In this document: positions 29,963 to 32,000 of the stretch, in pieces
Layout of the letters: each line of letters opens with the position of its first letter
Position numbering within the stretch: position 1 is the stretch's first letter
Notes under the pieces: model-generated
What the model was told of the DNA's origin: nothing
Seen by the model: only the letters and a program-made list of their open reading frames with translations
Database searches by the model: none
NCBI RefSeq assembly: GCF_000284455.1
Contig: NC_017039.1
Span: 1,170,001 to 1,202,000 of the forward strand
DNA length: 32,000 nt
From: Synechocystis sp. PCC 6803 substr. PCC-P
Lineage (GTDB): Bacteria; Cyanobacteriota; Cyanobacteriia; Cyanobacteriales; Microcystaceae
Direction of reading: 5' to 3'
Position numbers and translations under genes: made by a program

Positions 29963-32000
29963 ATGGCGATGTTACCTCTGCCAAACTATTGCCGTATTGC
30001 CCCGCGCCAACCAGAACCATTATCTAAATTTCACGGCCAGCAGTCTATTAGGTTGCAAAGTTTTCCTGAGCTCTGTTTAAGTTTACCTGAAGGCAGTCAT
30101 TATTTGACTGCAAGAATGAATTTATATGAACATTTTGGTCATGATCAGGTGTTTAAAGCTTGCATTGATTACCTAGAAAAAGCCCTAGAAAAATTGGGAA
30201 TACTAGATAGCGATATTCCAGCTAGGTTATTACTAGTTTTTCCGGATCACACCCGCACCGCCATTGCGGTTCGCCTACTGTTAGACGCTATTTTTTACTT
30301 CCAGGAAACCTATAAGCATTTACAATTCAGCATCCTTTTTGGTTTAGGTACCCATCCCCCTATGACACATAAAAGTGTGAGTGAATATTTGGGGGGGGAG
30401 CGTTATCAAAAATTGATTAATCTGGGAATTACTATTCGTCAACAGACCACAATTGCCCCCCTGGAACCCCAAGTAAAAATTAAGGTGCAAGATCGATTAA
30501 AAATTGATGAAGTTTCCAATTACAGTTTTGCAAATTTGAATAGAAACACTGCCCAGTTACAAGAAGTGATCGCCGATTTAAATACGGTTAATTTATCTGA
30601 TTTAGATGAAAATTTATTGATAAAAAACCAATTTGATTTTCCTAATCAAACCAATGAGTTAAATCAAAAACCTCAAATAAAAACAACAAAACTATCCGAT
30701 AATTTCAATCCGTCTCAAGAATATTTTCTTTCTTTGCCTGGGGAATTGTGGCAACATCACCTTACTATTGTAGCAGGAGACACAGAGATACATCCCTACG
30801 AAAGAAGGGGCGGAAGTGGCGGCTTGAATAAAATGTTAGTGGTAGGTTTGGCCAATATTCAGGCCATTCGTCGTAGTCATAGCACCAAAGTTTTACTAAG
30901 TTCGCCAATCAGTCTAGACCTAACACAAAATGCCTTTGTTCATACCTTGGATTATTTAGTAGAGTGCTTTAATCAATCTCTATTAACTCGTACTCCTTGC
31001 CTTGCTCGCACCTATCCCCTCGGCTTTTCCGTTGTTTCCTTGGAAAATCAGCATGTTAATGGTTTTTGGTTCGGCCAAAAGGATCAAGACCGACAAGCTC
31101 TGACGGCGATCGCCAAAGAAAGTCGCACTGTTCATTTACCAGAAAAAATTCATATTCTAGTGGTGGATACAGATATCAAAAAAGGCACTGATATTTTAGC
31201 TGGCGCTAGAGCTTTACAATACGTATGCGAGTGGGATAGTCAAGAAAATTGTCTGCTAGCCGATACTCCTCGTCAAAGAGTTGCCCTCCTATTTAACCCT
31301 TGTCTGGAACAACAAAACCATGGTGGTATTGGTAACCAAGGGACTAAAAAGCAATTAGATGTCTTGCAAAAAATAGTGCACAGCAAAATAAAATTATTTA
31401 GTAGTCAGTTACAAATGTGTGAAAATTTCGATGATGTAATTGGTATTATCAAAACTTACCGTCGACAAGTTTTAACTGCTTGGTATCACCATTTACAACT
31501 CATTAGTGAATTTGATGATTTTCTTGTAATGATCAGAAATGTAGTGTTGATTATCCAAGAGTTGCCTAACTCATCTAAACACCAAATTAATACTAGGGAA
31601 TTTCTGCAAGCAACCTTAGCCAATTATGCCAATGAATACAGTGAAGAGGCAAAATCTATTCAAGAATTACTTGATATTTATCTCACCCACGAAAATTTAG
31701 GAGCAGTGATTACTAAAATAGATCAACTCCAGCAATATTATCAATTATCTGAAGGTTTGGGAGAAGGTGGGCAAAGAGTTTTACGTTGTTTAAAATTACT
31801 GCATAAATTTGAAACTTTTTTGCTAGCCACGGACAATCAAACCGTACTAGATTATTTGGCTAAACTAGATCCCGATTTGAACAACTATCTTCCTCCAGCA
31901 TTAAGGAAAATATTAGATAAACAAAAAATTCATCTAAATTTACTAGGAATTCGGGGCATTAATTTGACTGTTTATTCACCCCAACAATGTTTAGAATTAG
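29963..32000 (+). CDS. Large LarA-like (lactate-racemase N-terminal domain / DUF2088) protein, 5' 679 codons; continues past the window end
   Basis: Not in the ORF track (no stop in the window). I translated the frame from the ATG at 29963 to nt 32000 without meeting a stop. LarA-like motifs: LLLVFPDHTRTA (D-x-TR), ILFGLGTHPPMT (G-T-H) and GDTEIHPYERRGGSGGLNKMLVVGLANIQAIRRSH (H...GG..K....G......I...H). Confidence 0.6.
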   Translation, partial: MAMLPLPNYCRIAPRQPEPLSKFHGQQSIRLQSFPELCLSLPEGSHYLTARMNLYEHFGHDQVFKACIDYLEKALEKLGILDSDIPARLLLVFPDHTRTAIAVRLLLDAIFYFQETYKHLQFSILFGLGTHPPMTHKSVSEYLGGERYQKLINLGITIRQQTTIAPLEPQVKIKVQDRLKIDEVSNYSFANLNRNTAQLQEVIADLNTVNLSDLDENLLIKNQFDFPNQTNELNQKPQIKTTKLSDNFNPSQEYFLSLPGELWQHHLTIVAGDTEIHPYERRGGSGGLNKMLVVGLANIQAIRRSHSTKVLLSSPISLDLTQNAFVHTLDYLVECFNQSLLTRTPCLARTYPLGFSVVSLENQHVNGFWFGQKDQDRQALTAIAKESRTVHLPEKIHILVVDTDIKKGTDILAGARALQYVCEWDSQENCLLADTPRQRVALLFNPCLEQQNHGGIGNQGTKKQLDVLQKIVHSKIKLFSSQLQMCENFDDVIGIIKTYRRQVLTAWYHHLQLISEFDDFLVMIRNVVLIIQELPNSSKHQINTREFLQATLANYANEYSEEAKSIQELLDIYLTHENLGAVITKIDQLQQYYQLSEGLGEGGQRVLRCLKLLHKFETFLLATDNQTVLDYLAKLDPDLNNYLPPALRKILDKQKIHLNLLGIRGINLTVYSPQQCLEL

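Noticed and set aside
1-32000. Search by eye for tRNA/rRNA genes, CRISPR repeat-spacer arrays, transposases or integrases, and toxin-antitoxin or other defence-system signatures
   Set aside because: None was found. The intergenic spaces are short apart from three spacers of 384-483 nt (442-826, 10927-11319, 20638-21122), and these show no tRNA-like T-arm motifs or regularly spaced repeats. No ORF has DDE, tyrosine-recombinase or serine-recombinase motifs. The only mobility-like trace is the duplication flanking the giant gene.

Overview
This 32-kb window looks like cyanobacterial chromosome. It carries 18 perfect copies of the HIP1 palindrome GCGATCGC. The gene content matches my recollection of Synechocystis sp. 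PCC 6803, but that is memory, not a search.

Layout:
(i) 1-442: 5' end of a minus-strand DctP/TRAP-type binding-protein gene with a Tat-like signal.
(ii) 826-9876: one 3016-aa multidomain surface/adhesin-like protein. It has a BNR propeller, Calx-beta, 14 FG-GAP blades, RTX nonapeptides, a PMP-type beta-helix with a Gly-rich insert, and a C-terminal 114-aa Trp-rich tandem repeat. The gene is bracketed by a diverged direct duplication of the SDR-3'/binding-protein-5' junction.
(iii) 10181-10927: SDR oxidoreductase.
(iv) 11319-20638: a convergent two-arm cluster of 12 genes, 9 of them with N-terminal export signals. It is built from paralogue sets: 2 GlcG/HbpS-like DUF336, 3 metal cupins and 2 seven-bladed WD40 propellers. 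It also holds a Tat-exported PuuE-like deacetylase, an Asp-nucleophile alpha/beta hydrolase, a TIM-barrel sugar isomerase/epimerase, an exported ABM monooxygenase, and a 56-aa XapX-like membrane peptide that is absent from the ORF track.
(v) 21122 to beyond 32000: a plus-strand gene train of NTF2-like, CMD, DJ-1/PfpI, AGE-family enzyme, STAS, GlgX isoamylase, STAS, membrane PP2C phosphatase (IcfG type), RsbW-like kinase, and a large LarA-like (DUF2088) protein that runs off the window.

I saw no rRNA, tRNA, CRISPR array, transposase or integrase.

The best candidates for undescribed biology are:
- the exported paralogue-rich cluster at 11.3-20.6 kb;
- the integration-scar-like duplication around the giant gene;
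- the sigma-less partner-switching module interleaved with glycogen/carbohydrate enzymes, which straddles a sharp compositional boundary;
- the divergent LarA-like protein.

All family calls rest on motif recognition by eye. No searches or computations beyond manual translation, alignment and spot base counts were possible.
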